NCBI GenBank assembly: GCA_030645615.1
Contig: JAUSNB010000063.1
Coordinates: forward strand, 22,716-86,715
Direction: 5' to 3'
DNA from: Actinomycetota bacterium
GTDB taxonomy: Bacteria; Actinomycetota; Actinomycetes; S36-B12
DNA: 64,000 nucleotides
In this document: positions 54,188-64,000 of the stretch, piece by piece
Numbering within the stretch: position 1 is the first letter of the stretch
Layout: each line of letters begins with the position of its first letter
Made by a program: the position numbers and the translations under genes
Notes under the pieces: model-generated
What the model was told of the DNA's origin: nothing
What the model saw: only the letters and a program-made list of their open reading frames with translations
The model's database searches: none

Positions 54188-55324
54188 TCAGCTCCTCTCG
54201 GTGAGCCGCTCGGCGAGGACTGCTCGCAGGGCGGTGTACTGCGGCTTGATCTGGTCGTTGATGATGGACAGCCGCTCGTCGAACGGCAGGAACGAGCTCT
54301 TCATGGCGTTGATCGTGAACCACTGCATGTCGTTGAGCCCGTAGCCGAATGCCTCGTTGAGCAATTCGAACTCCTTGCTCATCGAGGTCCCGGACATGAG
54401 CCGGTTGTCGGTGTTGACTGTCACGCGGAAGCCGAGCCGTCGCAGCAGCCCGATCGGGTGCCGCTCGATGCTCTCGGCTGCCCCGGTCTGCACGTTGGAC
54501 GACGGGCACATCTCCAACGGGATCCGGCGGTCACGCACGTACGCGGCAAGACGGCCCAGGTGCGGCTCCCCGTCGGGCCCGATCTGGATGTCATCGACGA
54601 TCCGCACGCCGTGGCCGAGCCGATCGGCCCCGCACCACTGCAGGGCCTCCCAGATCGACGGCAGCCCGAATGCCTCGCCCGCGTGGATCGTGAAGTGCGC
54701 GTTCTCCCGTCGCAGGTACTCGAACGCGTCAAGGTGCCGGGTCGGCGGGAAGCCCGCCTCGGCCCCCGCGATGTCGAAGCCGACCACGCCTGCGTCCCGG
54801 TAGTCCACCGCGAGCTCGGCGATCTGTCGCGAATGGGTGGCCGTCCGCATGGCCGTCAGCAGGACACCGACCCGGATGCGATGGCCAGCCGCGGCGGCGC
54901 TGCGCTGCCCCTCGGCAAATCCGGCAAGCACAGCTTCCACGACCTGGTGCACCTCCAGGCCCTTCTCCAGGTGCAGTTCCGGGGCGTAGCGCACTTCTGC
55001 GTAGACCACGCCGTCGGCGGCCAGGTCCTCGGCGCACTCGCGGGCCACCCGCCGAAGCGCTTCCGCCGTCTGGGTCACCCCCACGGTGTGCTTGAAGGTC
55101 TCCAGGTAGCGCTCCAGCGACCCCGAGAACGCGGCCGCGGCGAACCAGCGGGCCAGCTCGTCGGCATCCTGCTCGGGCAGGTCCGGGTATCCGGTCTCGA
55201 CAGCCAGGTCCACGACCGTCTGCGGGCGCAGTCCACCATCGAGGTGGTCGTGCAGGAGGACCTTGGGCGCCCGCCGGACGAGGTCGGCGGGCACGGGCGT
55301 GATGGTGCCGGCATCAAGGACCAT
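54188..55324 (-). CDS. add: Adenosine deaminase
   Basis: 378 aa. [49 protein letters not shown]. Confidence 0.95.
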   Translation of the reverse strand: MVLDAGTITPVPADLVRRAPKVLLHDHLDGGLRPQTVVDLAVETGYPDLPEQDADELARWFAAAAFSGSLERYLETFKHTVGVTQTAEALRRVARECAEDLAADGVVYAEVRYAPELHLEKGLEVHQVVEAVLAGFAEGQRSAAAAGHRIRVGVLLTAMRTATHSRQIAELAVDYRDAGVVGFDIAGAEAGFPPTRHLDAFEYLRRENAHFTIHAGEAFGLPSIWEALQWCGADRLGHGVRIVDDIQIGPDGEPHLGRLAAYVRDRRIPLEMCPSSNVQTGAAESIERHPIGLLRRLGFRVTVNTDNRLMSGTSMSKEFELLNEAFGYGLNDMQWFTINAMKSSFLPFDERLSIINDQIKPQYTALRAVLAERLTERS

Positions 55325-55378
55325 GAGGTGAACCTACCCGTATGTCGGCGCGGTTGGCGGGGTCGCAGCAGGCGTGGA

Positions 55379-55720
55379 CTAACGGGGTGAGCCGGCGGCC
55401 AGCCAGGCCTCGCGCACGGCCGGCGCCACGCGCCCGCGGTCGGTGACCGCGACTCCGTTGGCCCGGGCCCAGGCGCGGATGGCCGCGCTGTCGCCGGTTG
55501 CCGGACCAGCCCCCGCCTTGCGCCGGCTGCCGCGACGGGACTCGGGGGCACCGCTGACGGCACGTGCGGCGCGAAGGTACGGCTTGAGAGCTGACCGGAG
55601 GTCGGCGAAGGACGCCTCGGTCAGGTCAATCTCGTACTCGATCCCGTCGAAGCGCAGGGTGCGTGTACGGGCACCGGGCTCGCCGGTCAGGTCGTCGACG
55701 ATCACAGTCTGCTTGGCCAC
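55379..55720 (-). CDS. lsr2: Lsr2-family nucleoid-associated protein
   Basis: Trimmed to GTG 55720 (AGGA 7 nt upstream). VAKQTVIVDDLTGEPGARTRTLRFDGIEYEIDLTEASFADLRSAL (dimerisation domain), an RG-rich linker, then the C-terminal DNA-binding part SAAIRAWARANGVAVTDRGRVAPAVREAW. Confidence 0.9.
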   Translation of the reverse strand: MAKQTVIVDDLTGEPGARTRTLRFDGIEYEIDLTEASFADLRSALKPYLRAARAVSGAPESRRGSRRKAGAGPATGDSAAIRAWARANGVAVTDRGRVAPAVREAWLAAGSPR

Positions 55721-55764
55721 GGGGCCATCCTGCCGCACCACGGGTGCGTCAGTAGGGTCAGTCG

Positions 55765-56619
55765 GTGATCAGCATCATCTGCGGCCTCGGCACGGCGATC
55801 CTCTTCGCCACGAGTTCGCTGCTGTCATCACGAGCCGTGAAGATCATCGACTCGTGGTCCGTGGTGGCGTGGACCATGACCATCGGGCTGGTCATCACCC
55901 TCCCCTTCGTGCTCCTCGCCGGCATTCCCGACGACCTGGGCAGCGACGACGTCGCGTGGATGGCGGCTGCAGGCATCGGCAACGTCACCGGCCTGGTCTG
56001 CGCAGCGCTCGCGTTCCGGGTGGGCAAGGTCGGCGTCATCACCCCGATCCTCGCGACGGAGGGAGCGCTGGCCGCCGTCATCGCCGCGTTCCTCGGCGAG
56101 AGCATCGCGCCGGTGGTTGCCTTCCTGCTCATGGCCATGGTCGTCGGCGTCGTCATCGCGGGGATCGCCCCGGACCCCGAGCCGCTGGCCCACGAGCGTC
56201 CCGTGCTCGCCGTGCTGCTCTCGGTGGGTGGCGCGCTCGTCTTCGGCGTGTCCCTCTTCGCCGTCGGGCACCTCAGTGCGGAACTGCCCATCTCGTGGGT
56301 GCTGCTGCCCGCCCGGCTGGTCGGAGTCGTGGCCCTCGCCGTGCCGCTGGTGCTCATGCGGCGGCTGCACCTCACCAGGGTGACCGCGCCACTGGTCGCC
56401 GGCATGGGGTTCGCGGAGGTCATCGGCTTCCTGCTCTTCGCCATCGGGGCGCAGTACCAGGTGGCCGTGACGTCCGTGCTGGCGTCGCAGTTCGCGCCGA
56501 TCGCTGCCGTCATGGCCTACGTGCTGTTCAAGGAGCGACTGGGCCGGATGCAGATCACGGGAGTCGCGGTGATCGTCGTCGCCGTGACCGTCCTGTCGGC
56601 CGTAACCTCGACGAGCTAG
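55765..56619 (+). CDS. EamA/DMT superfamily transporter
   Basis: 284 aa, about 10 TM helices arranged as two EamA-like halves. GTG start. Confidence 0.82.
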   Translation: MISIICGLGTAILFATSSLLSSRAVKIIDSWSVVAWTMTIGLVITLPFVLLAGIPDDLGSDDVAWMAAAGIGNVTGLVCAALAFRVGKVGVITPILATEGALAAVIAAFLGESIAPVVAFLLMAMVVGVVIAGIAPDPEPLAHERPVLAVLLSVGGALVFGVSLFAVGHLSAELPISWVLLPARLVGVVALAVPLVLMRRLHLTRVTAPLVAGMGFAEVIGFLLFAIGAQYQVAVTSVLASQFAPIAAVMAYVLFKERLGRMQITGVAVIVVAVTVLSAVTSTS

Positions 56620-56621
56620 GC

Positions 56622-56996
56622 CTACTCCCCGTCTCCGTAGTCGTCGTCCCCGTCGCGGTTCACCAGTTCTCCGTGGAAGGCCGGGACGCAGACGGCGACA
56701 TACCGGGCGCCCTCGCGGGTCGTGTACCGGATGCGCTCCCCCGCCCGGGTGATGACGGCCTGGCCGGCGCGCACATGGATGACGCCGTCGTCATGCTCGA
56801 CGTCTATCGAGCCGTCGAGGACGACTGTGACCTCGTCGAACTGCGGCTCCTGGGCGGGCTCCTCCCACCCCGCGGGGGCAATCATGTGTGCCACCGATAC
56901 CGAATCGTCTCCGCTGGAGGCATGACCGGCGTACTCCTCGATCACCTTCCCCCCGGGGACGGGGATGATGGCGGGGGCCGGGATGAGTTCAGGCAT
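56622..56996 (-). CDS. Cupin domain protein
   Basis: 124 aa. Beta-barrel-like pattern ..VSVAHMIAPAGWEEPAQEPQFDEVTVVLDGSIDVEHDDGVIHVRAGQAVITRAGERIRY.. with an acidic tail. Confidence 0.75.
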   Translation of the reverse strand: MPELIPAPAIIPVPGGKVIEEYAGHASSGDDSVSVAHMIAPAGWEEPAQEPQFDEVTVVLDGSIDVEHDDGVIHVRAGQAVITRAGERIRYTTREGARYVAVCVPAFHGELVNRDGDDDYGDGE

Positions 56997-57192
56997 CGTC
57001 GCCGTCTGGCCCCAGCGCCACGATCACGTAGGTGCCGAAGAGGAAGAGCAAGGCAGCCCCAGCGGCGCCGAGCCGGATGTCGCCGCCGTTCATCAGCCCG
57101 AAGCCCCAGGCGGCAAGCAGGCAGATGATCGCCAGCAGGATGAATGCCCCGACCGGGTGCCCCTTGGTGGCGTGCTCGCTCATGTCCTGCAC
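56989..57192 (-). CDS. Small two-TM membrane protein (hypothetical)
   Basis: 64-67 aa (GTG 57192 or ATG 57183). Two TM helices, VGAFILLAIICLLAAWGFGL and AAGAALLFLFGTYVIVAL. It is wedged between the deoA stop (57196) and the cupin start, which it overlaps by 8 nt. Confidence 0.5.
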   Translation of the reverse strand: MQDMSEHATKGHPVGAFILLAIICLLAAWGFGLMNGGDIRLGAAGAALLFLFGTYVIVALGPDGDDA

Positions 57193-57195
57193 CTC

Positions 57196-58485
57196 TCAGT
57201 CGACGCGGCCGATGACCAGCGGAAGCCGCTCAATCGTAGTGCCCGCCGGCCCGACCTTGACGGCGCCGTCGAGGGCCTCGCGCGCGAGGGCGAAGCGCGC
57301 CGGCTCGTCGGCCAGGAGCGTGAGCAACGGGTCGCCCACGGACACGGGATCGCCCGGCTTGGCGTGCAGGAGGACCCCGGCCCCGGCGACGACCGCGTCC
57401 TCCTTGCGGGCCCGGCCTGCCCCGAGACGCCATGCAGCGACACCGATGCCCATGGCATCCATGCGGGTGACGACACCATCGGTCTCCGCCCGGATGACGT
57501 CCGATTCCCGTGCTGCCGGGAGCGGCGCATCCGGGTCGCCGCCCTGCGCGGCGATCATCCGGCGCCACACGTCCATGGCAGAGCCGTCGGAGAGCGTGGT
57601 GGCCGGGTCGATGCCCGTGATGCCGGCGAGGTCGAGCATCTCGCGGGCCAGCAGGAGTGTCAGTTCCACGACGTCGGCCGGTCCTCCTCCCGCCAGCACC
57701 TCGACCGATTCGGCGACTTCGACAGCGTTGCCGACCGCCAGTCCGAGGGGGACGTCCATCGCCGTGATCAGGGCCCTGGTCGTGACACCCGCGTCCTTGC
57801 CGAGACGCACCATGGTCTCCGCCAGTTCGCGGGCCTTGGCCGGGTCGCTCATGAAGGCACCCGAGCCGGTCTTGACGTCGAGGACAAGGCCACCCGCGCC
57901 CTCGGCGATCTTCTTGCTCATGATGCTGCTCGCGATGAGCGGGATGGCCTCGACGGTGCCGGTCACGTCGCGCAGCGCGTACAGCTTGCGATCAGCGGGT
58001 GCCAGCCCATCTCCGGCGGCGCAGATCACCCCGCCGGTTTCGCGCAGGACTTCCATCATCTCGTCGTTGCTGAGCGACGCGCGCCAGCCCGGGATGGACT
58101 CGAGCTTGTCGAGCGTGCCGCCGGTGTGGCCCAGGCCTCGTCCGCTGAGCTGGGGCACGGCGGCACCGCAGGCAGCCACGATCGGCACCAAGGGCAGCGT
58201 GATCTTGTCGCCCACGCCGCCCGTCGAGTGCTTGTCGACCGTGGGCCTGGGCAGGCTGCTGAAGTCCATCCGCACGCCGGTGTCGATCATGGCGGTGGTC
58301 CAGCGGACGATCTCATCGTTGGTCATGCCGTTGAGCAGGATTGCCATGGCCAGGGCCGCCATCTGCTCGTCGGCGACGACGCCGCGCGTGTAGGCACGAA
58401 CGACCCAGTCGATCTGCGCGCCGGTGAGCTCGTGCCGGTCCCGCTTGGCCTTGATGACGTCGACGGCCGCGAAGGGCTCAACCAT
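57196..58485 (-). CDS. deoA: Thymidine (pyrimidine-nucleoside) phosphorylase
   Basis: 429 aa. KRDRHELTGAQIDW, DKHSTGGVGDK, SGRGLGHTGGTLDKLE. Confidence 0.95.
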   Translation of the reverse strand: MVEPFAAVDVIKAKRDRHELTGAQIDWVVRAYTRGVVADEQMAALAMAILLNGMTNDEIVRWTTAMIDTGVRMDFSSLPRPTVDKHSTGGVGDKITLPLVPIVAACGAAVPQLSGRGLGHTGGTLDKLESIPGWRASLSNDEMMEVLRETGGVICAAGDGLAPADRKLYALRDVTGTVEAIPLIASSIMSKKIAEGAGGLVLDVKTGSGAFMSDPAKARELAETMVRLGKDAGVTTRALITAMDVPLGLAVGNAVEVAESVEVLAGGGPADVVELTLLLAREMLDLAGITGIDPATTLSDGSAMDVWRRMIAAQGGDPDAPLPAARESDVIRAETDGVVTRMDAMGIGVAAWRLGAGRARKEDAVVAGAGVLLHAKPGDPVSVGDPLLTLLADEPARFALAREALDGAVKVGPAGTTIERLPLVIGRVD

Positions 58486-58906
58486 GACGATCCTCTGCGC
58501 GGTCGACCAGGTCCTGCGGGCCGAACGCCTGGGGCAGGATCTCGGCCAGCGTGCGGATCCCCTCGGGAGTCGCGATCACGGTCCCGGAACGGCCGTTCTC
58601 CCACAGCAGTTGCCGGCATCGGCCGCAGGGCATGAGCGGCTGGCCGTGCTGGTCGACGCACGCAACCGCGACCAGCCTGCCCCCGCCGGTCGCGTGGATG
58701 CTGGAGACCATTCCGCACTCGGCGCACAGGCCCACGCCGTAGCACGCGTTCTCGACGTTGCAGCCGACGACGATCCTGCCGTCGTCCATCAATCCGGCGA
58801 CGCCGACCTTGAAGCGCGAGTAGGGGGCGTAGGCATGGTGCATGACGTCGACGGCGGCGGCGTTGAGGGCCGCCCAGTCGACCTGCTCAGCCGGCACGGG
58901 GTTCAT
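58478..58906 (-). CDS. cdd: Cytidine deaminase
   Basis: Track ORF trimmed to ATG 58906 (ATGA overlap with the upstream stop). 142 aa. Zinc motifs CAECG and PCGRCRQ. The 3' end overlaps the deoA start by 8 nt. Confidence 0.93.
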   Translation of the reverse strand: MNPVPAEQVDWAALNAAAVDVMHHAYAPYSRFKVGVAGLMDDGRIVVGCNVENACYGVGLCAECGMVSSIHATGGGRLVAVACVDQHGQPLMPCGRCRQLLWENGRSGTVIATPEGIRTLAEILPQAFGPQDLVDRAEDRHG

Positions 58907-60198
58907 TCCTTGTCGTACGGCACGCCGTCGGCGGCCGGCGGGCGAGCCCGGCCGACGAGGCCGGCCACCACGACGATGGTCACCAGGTACGGCGCCATGG
59001 CGAGGATCTCCGTGGGGATCGGCGTGTCGAGGAGGGCGAACTTCTGCTCGAGGGATTCGGAGAAGCCGAAGATCAGCGCCGCTCCCAGGGCCCCGATCGG
59101 GTTCCAGGCGCCGAAGATCATGGCGGCCAGCCCGATGAAGCCGGTGCCTGCCGTCATCCCCTCGTCGAACCGGCCCACCGTGCCGAGCGTGAACCAGGCA
59201 CCTGCGAAGCCGCCGACCATGCCGCCGAAGATCACCGCCACGTACCGCACCCTGGCGACCCCGACCCCGAGGCTGTCGGCGGCCCGCGGGTTCTCGCCGA
59301 CGGATCGGGTGCGCAGGCCCCATCGGGTGCGGAACAGGAGGAACGTCACGACCCCGATGAGGACGAACATGCCGTAGACGATGATCGTCTGGTTGAAGAA
59401 CATCTGCCCGATGATGGGGATGTCCGACAGCAGCGGAATCGCGATGGACGGGAAGATGGGCGCGTCGTTCCACTCCGGGTTGTCGATAAGCAACTGCGAG
59501 GTGAGGAACGACGTCAGCCCCAGCACGAGGATGTTGATCACTACGCCGATGATGATCTGGTCGACCTTGAAGCTGACCGCCAGCACCGCGAGCAGCAGGG
59601 CGAGGATGCCACCCGTGATGGTCGCCGACAGCAGGCCCACCCATCCGCCGAGCAGCGACCCCATGACGACGCCCGTGAACGCACCGCCGAGCAGCATGCC
59701 CTCGATGCCGATGTTCACCACGCCGGACCGCTCGCAGAGGATGCCGCTCAGGGCACCGAGCGCGATCGGCGTGCAGCGCGAGACCGTGGCCACGAGCATG
59801 CTCTCGAGGTTGAACTCCTGGCCGGCGGTCGCCCACACCATCATCGCGACGGTGAAAAGCCCGAACGAAATGCCGAGGATGAGCGTGGAACGGCGCTGGA
59901 AGCCGCGGTAGAACTGGGTGGCCCCGAGGAAGGCCAGCGCCGAGGTGAGCAGCCACAGCGCAGGCTGGACCGGCACCTCGAGCGGGTCGAGCTGGATCGT
60001 CTCGGACGGCAGGCTCAGGCCGAACGTCGCCACGCCCTCGACGTTCGGGATGAAGAGCACCACGACCGCTGCGGCGAGGAGCAGCATCACGACACCCGTG
60101 ACCTGCGCCCGGCGGATCTGCGAGGAGTTCAGTGCCTTCGTGCGCTTGCCCGTCTCCTCGTAGGCCTCGACCGGCGGACGGTCGAACGTCGCGCTCAC
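58903..60198 (-). CDS. ABC transporter permease (BMP-family nucleoside uptake system, second permease)
   Basis: Trimmed to GTG 60198 (GTGA overlap). 431 aa, polytopic. ERSGVVNIGIEGMLLGGAF, TRWGLRTRSVGENPRAADSLG. Confidence 0.9.
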   Translation of the reverse strand: MSATFDRPPVEAYEETGKRTKALNSSQIRRAQVTGVVMLLLAAAVVVLFIPNVEGVATFGLSLPSETIQLDPLEVPVQPALWLLTSALAFLGATQFYRGFQRRSTLILGISFGLFTVAMMVWATAGQEFNLESMLVATVSRCTPIALGALSGILCERSGVVNIGIEGMLLGGAFTGVVMGSLLGGWVGLLSATITGGILALLLAVLAVSFKVDQIIIGVVINILVLGLTSFLTSQLLIDNPEWNDAPIFPSIAIPLLSDIPIIGQMFFNQTIIVYGMFVLIGVVTFLLFRTRWGLRTRSVGENPRAADSLGVGVARVRYVAVIFGGMVGGFAGAWFTLGTVGRFDEGMTAGTGFIGLAAMIFGAWNPIGALGAALIFGFSESLEQKFALLDTPIPTEILAMAPYLVTIVVVAGLVGRARPPAADGVPYDKE

Positions 60199-61367
60199 GC
60201 TCCCCACCCCTTGCTGATCTGCGTGGACGTGGCGTCCGTCTTCACGCGGTAGATGGCCGAGATGAGTGCCGGAGCGGCCACGAAGATGATGATGAGGGCC
60301 TGGATCACCGAGATGAGGTCGATGCCCACGTCGGCGTTCGCCTGCATGTACTGGCCTCCCGCATTGAGCCCGCCGAAGAGGACAGCCGCGGCCACGACGC
60401 CCACAGGGTTCGACCTGCCCAGCAGGGCAACGGCGATCCCGTCGAACCCGAGGCCAGCGGAGAAGCCCGGGCTGGCCCGGTCGAGCAGGCCGAGCACCTG
60501 CCCGGTGCCGGCCAGGCCGGCCAGCGCCCCGGAGATCGACATCACGAGGATGTACACCTTCGTGACGGACATGCCGGCATACCTCGCCGCACTGGGGTTC
60601 GCGCCGACAGCACGGAACTCGAAGCCCGTGTTGGTGCGGAAGAGCAGCCACCAGATGAAGGCGGCAGCGCCGAGGGCGAGGAACAGGCCGAAGTGCACCG
60701 TGGCGGCCGGGTCCAGCCACTGCAGCAACGGCGGCAGCTGGGCGGAGTCCTGGATGTTCTTCGAGATGGGGTCATTGCGCCCCTCCCGCTGGAACAGGGT
60801 CGACTTGAGCAGGTAGTCGACGAGCCGGTAGGCGATGTAGTTCATCATGATCGTCACGATGACCTCGTGGGCACCGGTCTTCGCCTTGAGGAAGCCCGGG
60901 ATGAACCCCCAGATGGCGCCGCCGATCGCACCGGCCACGATCGCAAGCGGCAGGTGGATGAACCACGGCAGGCCCGTGAACGTGAAGCCGGCGAGGACCG
61001 CCAGCATGCCGCCCATGAGCAACTGCCCCTCGCCGCCGATGTTGAACAGTCCGGCACGGAACGCCAGTGCCACGGCGAGGCCCGTGAAGATCAGCGGGGT
61101 GGCCTCGGTGAGCGTCTGCGAGATCGCGCGCAGGGAGCCGACCGAGCCCTGCAGCAGGGCCTTGTAGGCGTCCAGCATCTCGGCGAACGAGGACCCCGTC
61201 AGCATGATGATGGCACCGCTGATGACGAGGGCGGTGAACACCGCCAGCAGGGGGATGACCAGGCCCGTCTTCCAGTCGGTGGCGGTGGTGAGGCGACGGA
61301 GGAAGGAGGGACCCTTCCCGGGATCCGGGTCGATCGTGACGCTTCCGTCCGGCGAGGTGATGCTCAT
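60195..61367 (-). CDS. ABC transporter permease (BMP-family nucleoside uptake system, first permease)
   Basis: 390 aa. FRAGLFNIGGEGQLLMG, FEFRAVGANPSAARYAGM. ATGA overlap with the upstream ATPase gene. Confidence 0.9.
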   Translation of the reverse strand: MSITSPDGSVTIDPDPGKGPSFLRRLTTATDWKTGLVIPLLAVFTALVISGAIIMLTGSSFAEMLDAYKALLQGSVGSLRAISQTLTEATPLIFTGLAVALAFRAGLFNIGGEGQLLMGGMLAVLAGFTFTGLPWFIHLPLAIVAGAIGGAIWGFIPGFLKAKTGAHEVIVTIMMNYIAYRLVDYLLKSTLFQREGRNDPISKNIQDSAQLPPLLQWLDPAATVHFGLFLALGAAAFIWWLLFRTNTGFEFRAVGANPSAARYAGMSVTKVYILVMSISGALAGLAGTGQVLGLLDRASPGFSAGLGFDGIAVALLGRSNPVGVVAAAVLFGGLNAGGQYMQANADVGIDLISVIQALIIIFVAAPALISAIYRVKTDATSTQISKGWGA

Positions 61368-62887
61368 GCTGCCTTCCCCGCCATGTAGAGGCCGACCTCG
61401 GTGGGGGTCGTCTCGGACGCGGTCATCTCGGCCACGATCTTCCCGTCGTACATCACGACGATGCGGTCCGAGAGCGCGAAGATCTCGTCGAGCTCGGTCG
61501 AGACGATGAGGATGGCCTTGCCCTCGTCTCGCTTGCGGATGATCTGCTCGTGGATGTACTCGATCGACCCGACGTCGATGCCACGGGTCGGCTGCGCGCA
61601 GATGACCAAGGGAACGTCGCGGGAGAACTCGCGCGCCACGATCATCTTCTGGGCATTCCCACCGGACAGCGCACCGCCCGTGTTGTCGATCAGCGGCGGG
61701 CGCACGTCGTACGACTCCACCAGGGACTCGGCCGACTCCCGGATGGCATCGCCGTCCATGACCCCCCTGCGCGAGAACGGCGGCTGGTAGTAGGAGTCCA
61801 GGATCAGGTTCTCGCTGACGGTGAATGAGGAGATCATGCCCATGTGGTTGCGGTCCTCCGGGACGTGGGCGATGCCCGCGGCGTGGCGCTGTCGCGGTGA
61901 GGCCTTGCTGATGTCCTTGCCCAGGAACTCCACGGTCCCCCCTGCGAGCGGGAGCAGGCCCGTGATCGCCTCCACCAGCTCGGTCTGCCCGTTCCCCTGG
62001 ATGCCCGCCACGCCGACGATCTCGCCAGCGCGCACGGTCAGGTCGATGCGGTTCAGGAGGGCGCGGCCGTAGTCGTCCACCATGTGCACGCCGCGCAGGG
62101 TCAGGACATCGTCGCCGGGGGTGGCCTCGGTCTTGTCGACGGTGAGGTCAATATCGCGGCCGACCATCATCGAGGCGAGCTGCTCCGGCGTGGCCGTGCG
62201 TGGGTCCGCGTGACCCATGACCTTCCCCCCGCGAAGCACCGTGATGTCGTCGGCGACGGCCAGCGCCTCCTTCAGCTTGTGGGTAATGAAGATGATGGTG
62301 GCTCCCCGGCCCTTGAGCTCCGCGACGATGCCGAAGAACTCCTCCACCTCCTGGGGCGTCAGCACGGCCGTCGGCTCGTCGAAGACCAGGATCTTGGCCC
62401 CGCGCAGCAGGACCTTGATGATCTCGACGCGCTGCTGGATGCCCACGGGCAGGTCCTCGACCAGGGCATCCGGGTCGACCGCGAGGCCGAAGCGCTCGGA
62501 GATCTCGCGGACCTCGGAGCGTGCCTTCTTGCGGTTCAGCACTCCAGGACCGTGGACCGGCTCGACGCCCAGGACGACGTTCTCGTACACCGAGAACACC
62601 GGGACCAGCATGAAGTGCTGGTGCACCATGCCGATGCCGGCCTTGATGGCGTCGCCGGGGTCGCGGAAGTCCTGCACCTTGCCGTCGATGAGGATCTCCC
62701 CCGCGTCCTGCTTGTACAGGCCGGACAGGACGTTCATGAGGGTGCTCTTGCCGGCTCCGTTCTCGCCGATCAGGGCGAGCACCTTGCCGGACCTCGCGGT
62801 GAGGGTCACCTCGTCGTTGGCAAGGACGCCGGGGAAGCGCTTGGTGATGCCGCGCAGTTCCAGTTCCACGAGGTCTCCGTATGTCAC
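61364..62887 (-). CDS. ABC transporter ATP-binding protein with duplicated NBDs (sugar/nucleoside importer type)
   Basis: 507 aa. Intact Walker A GENGAGKST, signature and Walker B (ILVFDEPTA) in NBD1. A second NBD has LSGGNAQK and VICAQPTRGID. Confidence 0.93.
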   Translation of the reverse strand: MTYGDLVELELRGITKRFPGVLANDEVTLTARSGKVLALIGENGAGKSTLMNVLSGLYKQDAGEILIDGKVQDFRDPGDAIKAGIGMVHQHFMLVPVFSVYENVVLGVEPVHGPGVLNRKKARSEVREISERFGLAVDPDALVEDLPVGIQQRVEIIKVLLRGAKILVFDEPTAVLTPQEVEEFFGIVAELKGRGATIIFITHKLKEALAVADDITVLRGGKVMGHADPRTATPEQLASMMVGRDIDLTVDKTEATPGDDVLTLRGVHMVDDYGRALLNRIDLTVRAGEIVGVAGIQGNGQTELVEAITGLLPLAGGTVEFLGKDISKASPRQRHAAGIAHVPEDRNHMGMISSFTVSENLILDSYYQPPFSRRGVMDGDAIRESAESLVESYDVRPPLIDNTGGALSGGNAQKMIVAREFSRDVPLVICAQPTRGIDVGSIEYIHEQIIRKRDEGKAILIVSTELDEIFALSDRIVVMYDGKIVAEMTASETTPTEVGLYMAGKAA

Positions 62888-62983
62888 GCGGCCGGGGCGA
62901 CGGCCGGCCCGGCTGGTCTCACTCTGGCACAGGAAAGACGAGGAGGGGCCCGAAACCGGGCCCCTCCCGCCTAACGTGCGCTA

Positions 62984-64000
62984 CTACATCTTGACGTCGA
63001 TCGATCCATCGATGATGCCTGCCTTGATGGTCTCGATCTGGTCCTTCAGCTCCTGCGGAACGGCCGCGTCGAAGTCGTGGTACGGGGCCAGGCCCACGCC
63101 ACCGTTCTCCAGCGTGCCGACCGTGACGCCACCCTCGAAGGTGCCGTCGACCACGGACTTGATCGCATTGAACGTCGTGACGTCCATGTTCTTCAGGACC
63201 GAGGTCAGGTAGACCGACGCGTTCTGGGTGTCGGACTCGAACTGGTCGCTGTCCACGCCGATGATCATGAGCTTGTCGGGACCGAGCTCGCTGGCCAGGG
63301 CGGCAGAGCCAAGGCCGACCGGACCGGCGACGGGCATGACGACGTCAGCGCCCTCGTCGACCAGGTTCTGCGCGAAGGTGCGGCCGTCGTCGAGGCTCTC
63401 GAAGTTCTCGGTGAACAGGCCCTTCTGCTTGGCCGGATCCCAGCCGAGAACCTCGACCTCAGCGCCGTTGTCGGCGTTGAACTTCTGGACGCCACGGTAG
63501 AAGCCGTCCATGAAGATGGTCACCGGCGGGATGTTGATGCCGCCGAAGGTGCCGACCACGCCGGTCTTGCTCATGCCGGCCGCGAGGTAGCCGGCCAGGA
63601 AGGCCGCCTCATCGGTGTTGAACACCTGGCCGAGCACGTTGTTGTTCGCAATCTGCGGCGTGCCGTCCTCGTTCTCGCCGTACGCGTAGTCGACGATCGT
63701 GAACGGGGTGTCGGGGTTGGCGTTGGCGGCCTCCATGGTCGCGTCGCCGAGGAGGAAGCCGACCGTCACCACGATGTTGCAGCCCTGGTCGATGAAGGAC
63801 TGGATGTTGGTGGCGTAGTCGGTCTCGGCCTGTGACTCCAGGACCAGGCCCTCGATGCCGAGCTGCTCCACGGCGTCGGTGACGCCCTTGTAGGCCTTCT
63901 GGTTGAAGCCCTTGTCGTCGACACCGCCGACGTCAGTGACCTCGCAGGCCTTCACCATGGCCGCGGGCTCCTCGGAGGGCGCCTCGGACGACGCGGCCTC
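62984..64000 (-). CDS. BMP-family (PnrA/Med-like) substrate-binding lipoprotein, 5' end beyond the window
   Basis: The reading frame stays open upstream of the track's ATG 63958 to base 64000 (..EAASSEAPSEEPAAMVKACEVTDVGGVDDKGFNQ..), as expected for a lipoprotein linker. Core motifs DKGFNQ, GFLLG, FLAGYLAA, VGTFGG, IGVDSDQ. Confidence 0.88.
   Translation of the reverse strand, partial: EAASSEAPSEEPAAMVKACEVTDVGGVDDKGFNQKAYKGVTDAVEQLGIEGLVLESQAETDYATNIQSFIDQGCNIVVTVGFLLGDATMEAANANPDTPFTIVDYAYGENEDGTPQIANNNVLGQVFNTDEAAFLAGYLAAGMSKTGVVGTFGGINIPPVTIFMDGFYRGVQKFNADNGAEVEVLGWDPAKQKGLFTENFESLDDGRTFAQNLVDEGADVVMPVAGPVGLGSAALASELGPDKLMIIGVDSDQFESDTQNASVYLTSVLKNMDVTTFNAIKSVVDGTFEGGVTVGTLENGGVGLAPYHDFDAAVPQELKDQIETIKAGIIDGSIDVKM

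Noticed and set aside
1-64000. Search for mobile elements, prophage genes, toxin-antitoxin or known defence systems, and for tRNA/rRNA/tmRNA genes.
   Set aside because: I saw no transposase, integrase, recombinase, phage structural, restriction-modification or Cas-like translation in any frame. Intergenic gaps are mostly under 100 bp, too short for tRNA genes, and I noticed no tRNA-like cloverleaf in the few longer gaps. The only nuclease-like gene is the DUF559 protein, which is reported separately.

Overview
High-GC (about 70%) actinobacterial chromosomal segment. It is densely coding: I call 59 CDS. I found no rRNA, tRNA, CRISPR array, transposase or integrase. As far as I recall, the backbone gene order parallels the M. 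tuberculosis Rv3260c-Rv3315c region. It runs: whiB, fbiA/fbiB (F420), GDP-mannose pyrophosphorylase, TIGR03089 protein, LCP ligase and a WbbL-like GT2; then a fadE25-like gene, purE/purK, birA, accD5/accE5, maf and accA3; then lpdA, PNP, a phosphomutase, deoC, add, deoA and cdd, ending in a BMP-type nucleoside ABC importer that runs off the 3' end. A large GT2-membrane fusion gene runs off the 5' end and is missing from the ORF track because it has no stop in the window. Inserted into this backbone at about 16.9-32.8 kb is a 13-gene, tightly translationally coupled cell-wall glycopolymer (teichoic-acid-like) assembly and export island, which is the best candidate for something undescribed. Four points make it unusual. 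(1) Its only ABC ATPase has all four catalytic motifs substituted. (2) It has two adjacent CDP-alcohol phosphotransferase paralogues, one fused to extra domains and one with the last motif Asp replaced by His. (3) A sulfotransferase-fold protein sits inside the exporter operon. (4) It has a LicC-type rather than TagD/TarI-type activating enzyme. Separately, two families of 60-80 bp palindromic intergenic repeats occur at convergent gene junctions. Two direct copies of one family bracket a DUF559 (Vsr-like endonuclease) gene. Other oddities are an internally deleted aldehyde dehydrogenase paralogue coupled to a full-length one, an (AP)n hexanucleotide repeat in a SpoIID-like protein, and a secreted membrane protein ending in GGDF repeats. 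All functional calls come from motif reading of the translations and from remembered synteny. No database search was run.
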